From: a virus
Virus record (IMG/VR): IMGVR_UViG_3300034351_000048
Span: 16,225-80,224 of that record
Length of the DNA stretch: 64,000 nucleotides
Direction: 5' to 3' (one strand)
This document shows, in pieces, positions 40,945 to 50,101 of this stretch. Numbering within the stretch: the first letter of the stretch is position 1; the number at the start of each line of letters is the position of its first letter. The position numbers were made by a program, and so were the translations under genes. Below the pieces are notes generated by a model. That model did not search any database. It worked only from the letters and a program-made list of their open reading frames with translations, and was not told where the DNA came from.

Positions 40945-41703
40945 ATGATTTTACCAATCATCTTTAATAAAGATAATAAAACTAATCTAAAAAGGCAAAT
41001 TTTAAAAGAAAAAAAATTAACTCCAACCGAAAGATTAATTTTAATGGATATATGTGATTACATTGATATTGGCTATCATAAAGAGAAAATCAACTATGCT
41101 TATTGTTCTTATATACACCTAAGTGAAGAATTAGGAATTTCTAAAAAAACTGTTATAAATTCTATAAAAAAATTAGAATATTTAAAATATATAAAAATCG
41201 AAAAAACTAAAAATTCTACTAATAAATATTTTTTATTATCAAATAATTTTACAAAAAATAAGAATTTTGAAGATGATACAAGTAGTGAAAAAATTACACC
41301 ACCTAAAAATATAGAACAGAATAACATTAAAGATGAATTTATACCTAAAGAAGGTAGTGAAAAATTTACACTGGGGGTGGTGAAAAATTTACACCCAATA
41401 TATAAGAATATAAGAATTAAGAATTCTAGAATAAAGAAATTTAAAAAAAAGAAAGAAAAAAATTTGATTAATAATAAAAATTTTATATCATTTACAGATG
41501 AGTATAATAAATTTAAAAAAGGAGCTTTTATGAAAGATCCAGATGATATGACTTTAGAAGAGAAAAGAGAAGAGGTATTGAAAATGTTTGAGAATGTTCA
41601 AACAGAGGAAGAAATATTAAAAAAAAGAAAGAAAATGGAAGAACAAAAAAAGAAGTTTATGAAAGAGTGTGAAGAAAAAGAAAATAATGAATTTTATTAT
41701 TAG
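40945..41703 (+). CDS. replication initiator (HTH_36 / lambda O-like)
   Basis: LTPTERLI...SY.HLSEELGISKKTVI.SIKKLE...YI...N.Y; internal iterons; precedes DnaB. Confidence 0.8.
   Translation: MILPIIFNKDNKTNLKRQILKEKKLTPTERLILMDICDYIDIGYHKEKINYAYCSYIHLSEELGISKKTVINSIKKLEYLKYIKIEKTKNSTNKYFLLSNNFTKNKNFEDDTSSEKITPPKNIEQNNIKDEFIPKEGSEKFTLGVVKNLHPIYKNIRIKNSRIKKFKKKKEKNLINNKNFISFTDEYNKFKKGAFMKDPDDMTLEEKREEVLKMFENVQTEEEILKKRKKMEEQKKKFMKECEEKENNEFYY
41282..41440 (+). repeat. probable replication origin: three 19-bp iterons plus AT-rich TAAGAAT repeats
   Basis: GT(A/G)GTGAAAAA(A/T)TTACAC(C/T) at 41282, 41354 and 41377. Confidence 0.75.
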
Positions 41704-41711
41704 GAGATTTT

Positions 41712-43037
41712 ATGACTGATACACTTAGAATGAGTTTACCTTATAATGAATATGCTGAAAAGGCTTTATTAATAAAGATATTACAAAATATAGATAACGA
41801 TATCATGGAAAACATGGTGTCGAGGCTTAAACCAAATGATTTTTATAATTCTGAATATAAGAAAATTTATAAGAAATTTTATGATTTATATAATGCTGAT
41901 AAGGAATTTACAAAATCTAATTTAATTGAAACTATGAATGACGGTTCTATTTTAGATGATACTCTTAGATCACTAATGGAACCAAGTTATAACACGGATA
42001 CTACGAACACTTTAATTAATGTGATAAAGCAAAAATCCTTATTGAGAGTTTTTATAAAAAAACAAACTGCCTTAATTGAGAAGGCTTATCAAAGCGATAA
42101 TTTAGAATCTTTAACAGAAGAAGCTAACCAGATATTTACACAATTATCTAATATGACTACAGATCAGGATTTGAAACAAATTGGAGAAGATTTTGACAAC
42201 TTCGTTTATGGGTTAGAAAAGAAAGTAGTTGGGCATATTATACCAACTTATTTGAAAGATCTTGATAATACAATAGTTGGGTTTAAAAAAGGCGAGTTTG
42301 TAACTTTAGCCGGTAGACCTGGAATGGGTAAGAGTGCTTACATGTCAACAATGGCAAAAAATCAAGCTCAACACGGATTTAAAGTTGGTATTTATAGCTT
42401 AGAAATGACTAAAGATACCGTTTTTTCAAGGTTGGTTTGTGATATTTGTAATGTTGATTCAAAAAAGATTAGACAACGAGATTTTACAAACGATGAAATA
42501 GAAAGAATTGTTGATAAAAGAAAAGAGATTAGAGATTTACCAATATATCTTAGTGATAGTCCTTATACGGATGTATTAAAAATAAAAGCAAATGTCCGTA
42601 AATTACATAAACAAACAGGTATTGATATTCTATACATAGATTACCTTGATTATTTACTTAATTTTTCTGATAAAAATGTAAATGTTAAAGATCAAATAGC
42701 AAACATCACAAAACATTTATCGCAATTAGCTAAGGAACTTGGAATAGTTGTTGTGTTACTATCACAATTAAACAGAGATATTGAAAGCCGAAAAGACAAA
42801 ACACCTAAACTGTCAGATTTAAAGAATAGTTCAAATATTGAACAAGAAAGCGACATGGTGTTATTTGTGGATAGACCTGACTATTACACTGATAAAAAGT
42901 ATGAAGATAAAGAATGTGAAATAGCTTCTATACATATAGCTAAAAACAGGTCGGGTTCTCCTGGTAAGATAGATATAGAATTTGAGAAGAAATATATAAG
43001 ATTTAAAGATTTATCATCAGAAAATTTTGATTCTTGA
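41712..43037 (+). CDS. dnaB: replicative DNA helicase
   Basis: LAGRPGMGKS, SLEM, IDYL, LSQLNR, DLK.S..IEQ.SD, IAKNRSG. Confidence 0.96.
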   Translation: MTDTLRMSLPYNEYAEKALLIKILQNIDNDIMENMVSRLKPNDFYNSEYKKIYKKFYDLYNADKEFTKSNLIETMNDGSILDDTLRSLMEPSYNTDTTNTLINVIKQKSLLRVFIKKQTALIEKAYQSDNLESLTEEANQIFTQLSNMTTDQDLKQIGEDFDNFVYGLEKKVVGHIIPTYLKDLDNTIVGFKKGEFVTLAGRPGMGKSAYMSTMAKNQAQHGFKVGIYSLEMTKDTVFSRLVCDICNVDSKKIRQRDFTNDEIERIVDKRKEIRDLPIYLSDSPYTDVLKIKANVRKLHKQTGIDILYIDYLDYLLNFSDKNVNVKDQIANITKHLSQLAKELGIVVVLLSQLNRDIESRKDKTPKLSDLKNSSNIEQESDMVLFVDRPDYYTDKKYEDKECEIASIHIAKNRSGSPGKIDIEFEKKYIRFKDLSSENFDS

Positions 43038-43096
43038 TAAAATTTTATTATATTATAAATGATTTTCTAATTTTGAAAATTTAAATTGTTCATAAT

Positions 43097-43123
43097 TACC
43101 CTCCTTTATTGGAGGGGTATTTT
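43097..43123 (+). terminator. terminator-like hairpin upstream of the AntA gene
   Basis: TACCCTCC-TTTATT-GGAGGGGTA-TTTT. Confidence 0.55.
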
Positions 43124-43140
43124 AACAAAGAGGAAATAAG

Positions 43141-43974
43141 ATGAGAGAATTTAATAGAAATGAGTTTGAATCTTTAGTAAAAATCCAAAACAATAATAAG
43201 TTACAAATAGATACTATAAATGCCCGTGATCTATGGGAATATTTGGAAGTGGATACTCGATTTAACGATTGGATAAAGAATCGTATTTATAAATATCAAT
43301 TTGTTGAATCACACGATTATATATGCCTTACTAAAAAAAAAGAAACGCGTAGAAATGACGGTCAAAAAGGCTCTGCAGTCATTACTGAATACCATATTTC
43401 TATTAATATGGCAAAAGAGTTGTCTATGGTAGAAAACAGTAATCTTGGTAGGGCAGTAAGATTATATTATATAGAATTAGAAAAAGAATTAAAAGAAATT
43501 AGAAATAATGATGATAGACAAACGGCTTTATGGGAAACAATAAGAGTAGAATCTAAAATAGAAAGAAAAGATTTTACTGATTCTATACAATCTTTAGTAA
43601 ATTATGCAATTGATATGGGTGCGAGTGATGGCGTTAAATGGTATTATAAGCACATTACAAGTGCTTTAAACAAAGCTCTTTTTAGAATAGAATCTTTACA
43701 AAAAGTTCATAAAAACCTAAGGGATGAAATAAGTTATATTCAATTAAGTCATATTATCACATTAGAAACTATCCTTAGAAATAGAATATTAGAAATGGTA
43801 AATATGGGGTTTGAATATAAGACAATATATGAGAATTTAAAGGAATTATGTATACAACAAGGAAAACTTATAGGCAAAGAAAAACCACGATATATTACAG
43901 AAAAAGAATACAAATCATGTATGAATAAAAAGGAATTAAAATTATATAGCAAAGATCAAAATTTATTATTTTAG
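43141..43974 (+). CDS. AntA/AntB antirepressor-family protein
   Basis: NARDLWEYLEV.TRFNDWIK.RI..Y.F.E..DY...MAKELSMVE....GR..R.YYI..EK. Confidence 0.88.
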   Translation: MREFNRNEFESLVKIQNNNKLQIDTINARDLWEYLEVDTRFNDWIKNRIYKYQFVESHDYICLTKKKETRRNDGQKGSAVITEYHISINMAKELSMVENSNLGRAVRLYYIELEKELKEIRNNDDRQTALWETIRVESKIERKDFTDSIQSLVNYAIDMGASDGVKWYYKHITSALNKALFRIESLQKVHKNLRDEISYIQLSHIITLETILRNRILEMVNMGFEYKTIYENLKELCIQQGKLIGKEKPRYITEKEYKSCMNKKELKLYSKDQNLLF

Positions 43975-43983
43975 GAGGAATTT

Positions 43984-44232
43984 ATGAGTAAAATTGATAA
44001 GAACTCACAGGCTTATGAAATAGTAAAAAATTTTTTATATTATATTTTATATACTTTATTAAGTCCGATTATCATTATTATACCTACTTTGATAACGTTC
44101 GTATTATATAATAATGTTATTCGTTATACTTTTAATTTAAAAAATTTGGCTTTTTTAGAAATTTGGAGTATATTTATTATTATATATATTATTATCTTAA
44201 GTTTTGTAAAATTTATTAAAAAATTTAATTAG
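43984..44232 (+). CDS. small membrane protein
   Basis: Two hydrophobic segments; GGAGG SD. Confidence 0.65.
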   Translation: MSKIDKNSQAYEIVKNFLYYILYTLLSPIIIIIPTLITFVLYNNVIRYTFNLKNLAFLEIWSIFIIIYIIILSFVKFIKKFN

Positions 44233-44243
44233 GATTTAAAATC

Positions 44244-44546
44244 TTGGATAAAAAAAAGTTTATAGAAGAATTTCAATTATACTTAGCAATAAAAGGCGAA
44301 AGATATTCACACAGAAAATTAAAATTTATTGTAAGTTCTTTTTTTGAACTTATGGAAAAGGTTTTAATAGAAAATGAAGAGAACATAAAATTCAGTGAAT
44401 TTGGCGTATTTAGTTCTTATATTAGAAAGCCGAGAGATTCATATGATCCTTATAATCGACAGAAAGTAAAAATTAAAATGTCTCGATATCCTAAATTTAA
44501 ATTTTCTAAGAAATTACTTACAAGATTTAAAAAGAAAAGGATATGA
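44244..44546 (+). CDS. HU/IHF-family DNA-binding protein
   Basis: I.F.EFG.F....RK.R..Y.P.....KI.....PKFK.SK.L. Confidence 0.85.
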   Translation: MDKKKFIEEFQLYLAIKGERYSHRKLKFIVSSFFELMEKVLIENEENIKFSEFGVFSSYIRKPRDSYDPYNRQKVKIKMSRYPKFKFSKKLLTRFKKKRI

Positions 44547-44725
44547 TTATGGAACATCAAACATGTGCTTGTTGTGGGATTACCTTATATGATTCATCTA
44601 AGATTAGAACAATCTATTTACCAGATCATAACAAAGAAATATTATCGCTTGTATGTATAGATTGTTATAATAGATTGAAAAGTCAAAAGCATAAAACAGA
44701 GGAGATAAAAGATAATGAATGTTGA
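44543..44725 (+). CDS. small zinc-finger protein
   Basis: CACCG...CIDC. Confidence 0.6.
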   Translation: MIMEHQTCACCGITLYDSSKIRTIYLPDHNKEILSLVCIDCYNRLKSQKHKTEEIKDNEC

Positions 44726-45056
44726 TTTTAAATATTATACAGAAAGATCGTTAAGGACCTGTAATTATTATAACGAAATAAAAAAACATAATGACAACCC
44801 ATATTTGATTGAGGAATTAGATTATAAACGTATGAATAATAATGCTATGGGTATAGGTGGAGAAAGTGGTGAAATAATAGATATTTTAAAAAAACATTTA
44901 CATCAAGGTAAAAATTTGGATAAAGAACATTTAAAAGAAGAGATTGGGGATTTGTTTTGGTATTTATCTAATTTAATAAATCAAATGGGTTTTGATTTAA
45001 ATGAAATTTTGGAAGAAAATATAAAAAAATTAGAGAATAGATACTTAAATTGTTGA
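44715..45056 (+). CDS. MazG-like nucleotide pyrophosphohydrolase
   Basis: GI.GESGE..D..KK...EEIGD..WY...N..KL..RY. Confidence 0.88.
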   Translation: MNVDFKYYTERSLRTCNYYNEIKKHNDNPYLIEELDYKRMNNNAMGIGGESGEIIDILKKHLHQGKNLDKEHLKEEIGDLFWYLSNLINQMGFDLNEILEENIKKLENRYLNC

Positions 45057-45081
45057 CTTTTTATAATTATTTTATTACATT
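45053..45081 (+). promoter_or_regulatory. promoter TTGACT-N17-TACATT
   Basis: Repeated promoter family. Confidence 0.65.
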
Positions 45082-45117
45082 TAATATATCCTTACTAAAT
45101 TATAAAAAGAGGTTTTT

Positions 45118-46029
45118 ATGAAATATATAAAAAATGATTTACCTAAAATGAGTATAAAAGGTAATGATTATGTTAAGGTGCACGAAAGAATCTTATTTTT
45201 TAGAGAGAATTACCCAGAATTTTCGATATTAACAGAAATATTAAATATTATTAACTCAAGTGTAGTTATTAAAGCTTCTATACTTGATGAAAAAAGGGAA
45301 ATTAGGTTTACAGGATTAGCTTGTGGTTCTTTTGGGAATGAAAAAGAATTAGAAAAAACAGAAAGTGTGGCGGTAGGAAGAGCATTAGCTAACGCGGGCA
45401 TTGGGATTATTGACGGCATAGCAAGTGCGGATGAGATGGCAAATTATTACAATAAAGCTGAAAATAATAATACACAAGATAAATCAACTCAAAGAACTAA
45501 TACTAATACACAATCTTCTAAAAAACAATATAATAAGGTTAATAATGATGAACAATGGTATCAAATAGAAGAAAAGAAAAAAGGCTTCTTATATAAAAAC
45601 AAAGATACTTTAAAAAAAGAATACTTAATTAGATACGATATACACAAGTTAGGAAATAAAAAATGGTATGTAAGTGAATCCCAAAAAGACAGGTTATTAG
45701 GAGATTATATAGATTCAATATCGGTTTTAGATGCGGATACAAAAAACGATACACAAGCCGTAACTTCTAATACTGAAAGAACAGATTTGACACCTATATT
45801 TATAGAATTATCAGATGTAATAGCGGATTCAAAAGAGTTGGCTCAGAAGTGTAAAGATCTATATGAGGATCAATCAGAAATGGGAAAAACTTTTAGAAAA
45901 CAGATTATAGGATTTACAGGTAAAGATTTAAAAACGGTTACAGAAAAAGACCTTAACGAAATGATAAATATGATAAAAATTGGAGAAGATGAGATAATCA
46001 ATAATATCAATAGTTTAGTAGCATTTTAA
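45118..46029 (+). CDS. single-strand annealing protein (Rad52/Sak-like)
   Basis: KG.DYV.V.ER...FR...E..ES.AVGRALA..GIG....IASA.E. Confidence 0.7.
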   Translation: MKYIKNDLPKMSIKGNDYVKVHERILFFRENYPEFSILTEILNIINSSVVIKASILDEKREIRFTGLACGSFGNEKELEKTESVAVGRALANAGIGIIDGIASADEMANYYNKAENNNTQDKSTQRTNTNTQSSKKQYNKVNNDEQWYQIEEKKKGFLYKNKDTLKKEYLIRYDIHKLGNKKWYVSESQKDRLLGDYIDSISVLDADTKNDTQAVTSNTERTDLTPIFIELSDVIADSKELAQKCKDLYEDQSEMGKTFRKQIIGFTGKDLKTVTEKDLNEMINMIKIGEDEIINNINSLVAF

Positions 46030-46038
46030 GGATTATAA

Positions 46039-46782
46039 ATGATTAAACAAAATGTTTTAGAAGCTTTGAACAAAGAATATACCCTTATAGACTTATCCAC
46101 TGATGTGGATAAGTCCCTTCTTTTTATTAATTATTTCAGCACATTTTTTCCTAATGTTGAAAGCACTTCATATATGGATGATAATAATGATAGGGTATTA
46201 ATCTTATTATTGAAAAAATATGATTTTAAAATATTTAAAACATTTATGGAATTAACTTTTCTTTACGATAATTTTAAAAAATATGTAGTTCTATTTAGAA
46301 AGATGAAAAAAGGATTAATACCTATTTACAAAATGGATTTTTATGATATAGAAAAACATAGGTTATTTTATAGTAATCTGTTATCATCACACCAAAGAAA
46401 TACTACAAAAGCAGAATTAATTAAGTTGCATTTTGAAAACGATACACAAGTAGAAATTTTTGATACATATATTGAAAAGATAAAAAAAGAATATCAAGAA
46501 GTAATTTCAAAAGTATTTGATTACAATGTGTTTATGTATCATATAAATAAATATAGTATTATACCCATTGATGATTTTGATGAGAGTGATATAGATTTAT
46601 ATAATACCATGCATATATATAATATAGATACAAAAAAGATTGAGTATGAAAAATGTAAATTTTTATGTTTGAAAGGTAAAAAGATGTATGTGAAAAAAAA
46701 TGGTAAAATGATACCTTATCACGAATTTTTGATTGATGAGAAACTAAAAATATTTGATTTTATAATTGGAGAAAAGAAATGA
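46039..46782 (+). CDS. hypothetical protein
   Basis: ORF track. Confidence 0.7.
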   Translation: MIKQNVLEALNKEYTLIDLSTDVDKSLLFINYFSTFFPNVESTSYMDDNNDRVLILLLKKYDFKIFKTFMELTFLYDNFKKYVVLFRKMKKGLIPIYKMDFYDIEKHRLFYSNLLSSHQRNTTKAELIKLHFENDTQVEIFDTYIEKIKKEYQEVISKVFDYNVFMYHINKYSIIPIDDFDESDIDLYNTMHIYNIDTKKIEYEKCKFLCLKGKKMYVKKNGKMIPYHEFLIDEKLKIFDFIIGEKK

Positions 46783-47288
46783 GAGTTTTGGCAGTTGACC
46801 CATCTATATTAGATTTAGGCATAGTAGTTATAAATGATCTAAACGATAGATTAAATATAATGGATACAAGACATGTAAATTTTAAACCTTCCACTAAAAA
46901 AAACTTAAAAACTGTAAAGAAACCGATGTTACAAAGATTTAAAGAATATTCAGATGTGGTTTTAGAATATATAGATAAATATACCCCCGACTATATATGT
47001 ATAGAAATGCCTTTTGTAAGAGTATCACAAAGAAGTCTTATTCTTTTAGTAAAATTTATAGGATATTTACTAAAATGTTTTATGCTTAAAGTAGATGAGG
47101 CTCATATAATAGAGATAGACCCACAAGAGGTTAAAGGATTTATTACGGGTAATAGGCGTGGATCAAAAGAGGAAATAAGGGATTTAATGGGTAAGTATTT
47201 CAGAGTAGATATGAGTGAACTTACATTAGATCAAAGTGATGCTATTGCTATAGCTTATACATGCTATTTTACAAAAATCAATTCTTAA
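46779..47288 (+). CDS. ruvC: Holliday junction resolvase RuvC-like
   Basis: VLAVDPS, ICIE, P.EVK..ITG.....KE, D.SDAIAIA. Confidence 0.88.
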   Translation: MRVLAVDPSILDLGIVVINDLNDRLNIMDTRHVNFKPSTKKNLKTVKKPMLQRFKEYSDVVLEYIDKYTPDYICIEMPFVRVSQRSLILLVKFIGYLLKCFMLKVDEAHIIEIDPQEVKGFITGNRRGSKEEIRDLMGKYFRVDMSELTLDQSDAIAIAYTCYFTKINS

Positions 47289-47307
47289 AATTTAATAGGA
47301 AAAATAT

Positions 47308-47634
47308 ATGGAAGAAAAATTTAATTTAATTAAAGTTTCTTTAAATAACTATGATTTTTTGTTATTTATAACTGAAGTAATGACAGATATTACATTACAC
47401 CGTATAGAGAATGAAAATAAGGGTTATGGGCTAAATAATTCGGATTTGGATTTTTGTTATAATTGTATAGAATATTCTAAAAATAAGATTTTATCAAACA
47501 AACAGAAAGCTATGTTAGAAAAGATAATGTATAAATACAGAAAACAACTTTTAGGAATAATTTTTCAGAATCAATTTTATGTAAATGAATTAAATAAATC
47601 TATAAAAAAGGAAGTGGCTAATGAAATTCTTTGA
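47308..47634 (+). CDS. hypothetical protein
   Basis: ORF; G....D..F...LS.KQ......KYRKQL motif. Confidence 0.7.
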   Translation: MEEKFNLIKVSLNNYDFLLFITEVMTDITLHRIENENKGYGLNNSDLDFCYNCIEYSKNKILSNKQKAMLEKIMYKYRKQLLGIIFQNQFYVNELNKSIKKEVANEIL

Positions 47635-47917
47635 TATTGATGATAAAAGATTTTTGATAAAAGATACTATAAGAAATAGAAAGACAATAAATATTAATTT
47701 GGAAAATGGAAACGGATATCATGAATGTAAGTTCTCATATGAATTTGATAAGATAGAACATGCTGAATATATAGAATCTGAGTTGAAATATAAATATATT
47801 TATTCAAAAAATGATTTGGATTTTTTCATGAACGAATCAGGAATACAATTTAAGTTTGAAATAAAAAAACCTATCTATAAAAAATCTAAAAACAAATCTA
47901 AGATTTATATAAATTAA
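47621..47917 (+). CDS. hypothetical protein
   Basis: ORF track. Confidence 0.65.
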   Translation: MKFFDIDDKRFLIKDTIRNRKTININLENGNGYHECKFSYEFDKIEHAEYIESELKYKYIYSKNDLDFFMNESGIQFKFEIKKPIYKKSKNKSKIYIN

Positions 47918-47948
47918 TCGAAAAAACTAATTATTTATATGTAAATAT

Positions 47949-48083
47949 TTGATTTTTAAAATAATTTTATTATATTTAGTATATTACTACCTTAATATTT
48001 ATTTTATGGGGCTCATTATGTATTATGTAATGGGCTCTTATTTATAGGGTAGCAATAAAATATAAATATTGAGGTATTCAATT
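47949..48083 (+). promoter_or_regulatory. promoter plus SD-sequestering structured leader (architecture differs from L1-L4)
   Basis: UACCUUAAUAUUUA pairs UAAAUAUUGAGGUA (SD); internal 13-bp G-U-rich hairpin. Confidence 0.65.
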
Positions 48084-48854
48084 ATGCATAACAATTCTAT
48101 CCAATTATTTAATTTCCAAGAAAATGAAGTAAGAACATTTACGGATGAAAACAATAATATATGGTTTTGTTTAAAAGATATTTGTGATATTTTAGAGTTA
48201 AGTAATCCAAGAAAAGTAGCTTCCGATTTAGACAAAGACGACGTAACTATTAGTTACGTAGGGGTGAAAACAGGCGTGAAAAAGGATGGAACAGATGCTG
48301 TTCAAAATATTGAAATGAACTTTATAAATGAGAGCGGTTTATATCAAGTAATATTCAAAAGTCGTAAACTTATAGCTAAGAAATTTAGTAAATGGATAAC
48401 AAGTGAAGTAATCCCATCTATTAGAAAAACGGGTCAATACGGCATAGAGAACTTATCAAGATTAGAAATTCTTAAAATAGCATTAGATAGTGAAGAAAAG
48501 AGACTACAATTAGAAGAAGAAAACAAAAAATTGCTTCCAAAAGCACAGATTTTTGATGATTTTCTTGAAAGTATTAATACGATTAGTGTTGGAGAATTAG
48601 CGAAATTATTATGTAAAAATGGTTATAATACAGGTCAAAAAAGATTATTCAAATTTTTAAGAGAAAATAAAATTCTTATGGAAAAAGATAACCTCCCCTA
48701 TCAAGAATATATAGACAGGGGTTATTTTGAGGTATCTACTTTCATAATTAATCATACACATAGTAATTACAAAGAGACTAAACCACAAACTAAAGTTACA
48801 AAGAAAGGTTGTTTGTTTATACGGAATTTATTTATTAAAGCAACTTCTATGTAA
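48084..48854 (+). CDS. Bro-N + KilAC antirepressor
   Basis: FNF...EVRT...WF..KD.C..L.L.N, INESGLY..IF.SR...AK.F..W.T.EVIPSIRKTG.Y; KilAC C-terminus; true start 48084. Confidence 0.92.
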   Translation: MHNNSIQLFNFQENEVRTFTDENNNIWFCLKDICDILELSNPRKVASDLDKDDVTISYVGVKTGVKKDGTDAVQNIEMNFINESGLYQVIFKSRKLIAKKFSKWITSEVIPSIRKTGQYGIENLSRLEILKIALDSEEKRLQLEEENKKLLPKAQIFDDFLESINTISVGELAKLLCKNGYNTGQKRLFKFLRENKILMEKDNLPYQEYIDRGYFEVSTFIINHTHSNYKETKPQTKVTKKGCLFIRNLFIKATSM

Positions 48855-49152
48855 TAAAATCGATATATTTTAAATCAATGTTAGTAATATTATTACTTTT
48901 AACAGTAAGATTGTTCCTTTCTAAAAATGCTTTTACCCTATCCATAGTCCACCCATAATCTGTTTTATTGAAAATATAAGATTGAGCTACCATAGAATCA
49001 TTTCCGTTTAACAACTTCCCCATTACAACCTTTATTCCATTTTCTTTTCCATCTTTATCTTTTAAAGTTATGGTTCTAAAAGAAGATTGTATAAATTCAT
49101 TTGGTAATCGAACTCTCGCCCTAATAGAATTTTGATTTTCTTCAATTGGCAT
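48847..49152 (-). CDS. conserved-looking small phage protein, lone minus-strand gene
   Basis: GGAGG SD; R.R.P..F...SFRTI...GI..V.GKL...QSY.F....WT pattern. Confidence 0.75.
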   Translation of the reverse strand: MPIEENQNSIRARVRLPNEFIQSSFRTITLKDKDGKENGIKVVMGKLLNGNDSMVAQSYIFNKTDYGWTMDRVKAFLERNNLTVKSNNITNIDLKYIDFIT

Positions 49153-49238
49153 AATTGCCTCCTAAATAATTTAAGTTTATAGTATAAATATAATACAAAT
49201 TCTTTATAAATAAAATTTAATTTTTTTATTAAATTTTG

Positions 49239-49267
49239 TTGACTTTTTATAATCATTTTAGTATATT
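49239..49267 (+). promoter_or_regulatory. promoter TTGACT-N17-TATATT
   Basis: 32-bp identity to the promoter at 37333-37364. Confidence 0.8.
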
Positions 49268-49306
49268 TATAATATATAGATTAGAAAATAAAAAAGAGGT
49301 ATAAAG

Positions 49307-49462
49307 ATGAAAACTAAAAAAACAAAAAAAGAAAATCAAACAAAAGAGATTTTAGCAGGATTTGATAGAATTGAAGCGATGTTATCAGAATTAAAAAAGA
49401 CAAAAACACCAAAGCAAATGGAAAAAATATACAAAAGCTTAAACAAAATATTAGGAGGCTAA
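49307..49462 (+). CDS. 51-aa basic protein (not in ORF track)
   Basis: GAGGT SD; MKTKKTKKENQTKEILAGFDRIEAMLSELKK...; first gene after a promoter. Confidence 0.7.
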   Translation: MKTKKTKKENQTKEILAGFDRIEAMLSELKKTKTPKQMEKIYKSLNKILGG

Positions 49463-49463
49463 A

Positions 49464-49853
49464 ATGAAATTAGCAATTATCGGCTCAAGAACCTTGTTTC
49501 CATCAACAAAATGTATATATAATATTATTACTAAAAAACTATTCCTAAAAATAGAAAATATAGAAACTGTCATTAGTGGCGGAGCTAAGGGAGTAGATAC
49601 ACAAGCAGGCTTATTCGCAAATGAATACAACATAAGTTTAAAAGAAATATTTCCTAATTATAAGAAATTCTCATCTAAACAAGCACCTATAATTAGAAAT
49701 ACAGAGATTGTAGAATCTTGTGATATGTTATTAGCTTTTTGGGATGGATTTAGTAGAGGCACCTTGGATACTATCAACAAAGCAAGGAAATCAGGTAAAA
49801 ATATTATTATTATAGAAAAAGATTATATCGATAAGGAGAATAGAAATGAATAA
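49464..49853 (+). CDS. SLOG-superfamily (YspA/DUF2493-like) protein
   Basis: IIGSR, VISGGAKGVD, AP.IRN..IV...D..LAFWDG.SRGT. Confidence 0.85.
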   Translation: MKLAIIGSRTLFPSTKCIYNIITKKLFLKIENIETVISGGAKGVDTQAGLFANEYNISLKEIFPNYKKFSSKQAPIIRNTEIVESCDMLLAFWDGFSRGTLDTINKARKSGKNIIIIEKDYIDKENRNE

Positions 49854-50091
49854 AGTTGAATCGGCATTAGAAATGATAAATGAAATAATAGAGATTACAA
49901 ATAACATGACTAATATTGCAGAAAATATGGATATGGAAGACATGCTAAGTCCTAATAGTTCAAACATAGAACCTTATGTTGATTTTGATGATACTTTTAT
50001 TATTGATGTGGCTTTATACATTAGAAAATATAATAAAGTTACAGATAAACAATATCAAGCGATATTAAATATATATAACACTTATGTTTAG
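49846..50091 (+). CDS. hypothetical protein
   Basis: ORF; SD. Confidence 0.65.
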   Translation: MNKVESALEMINEIIEITNNMTNIAENMDMEDMLSPNSSNIEPYVDFDDTFIIDVALYIRKYNKVTDKQYQAILNIYNTYV

Positions 50092-50101
50092 GAGATTAAA
50101 A

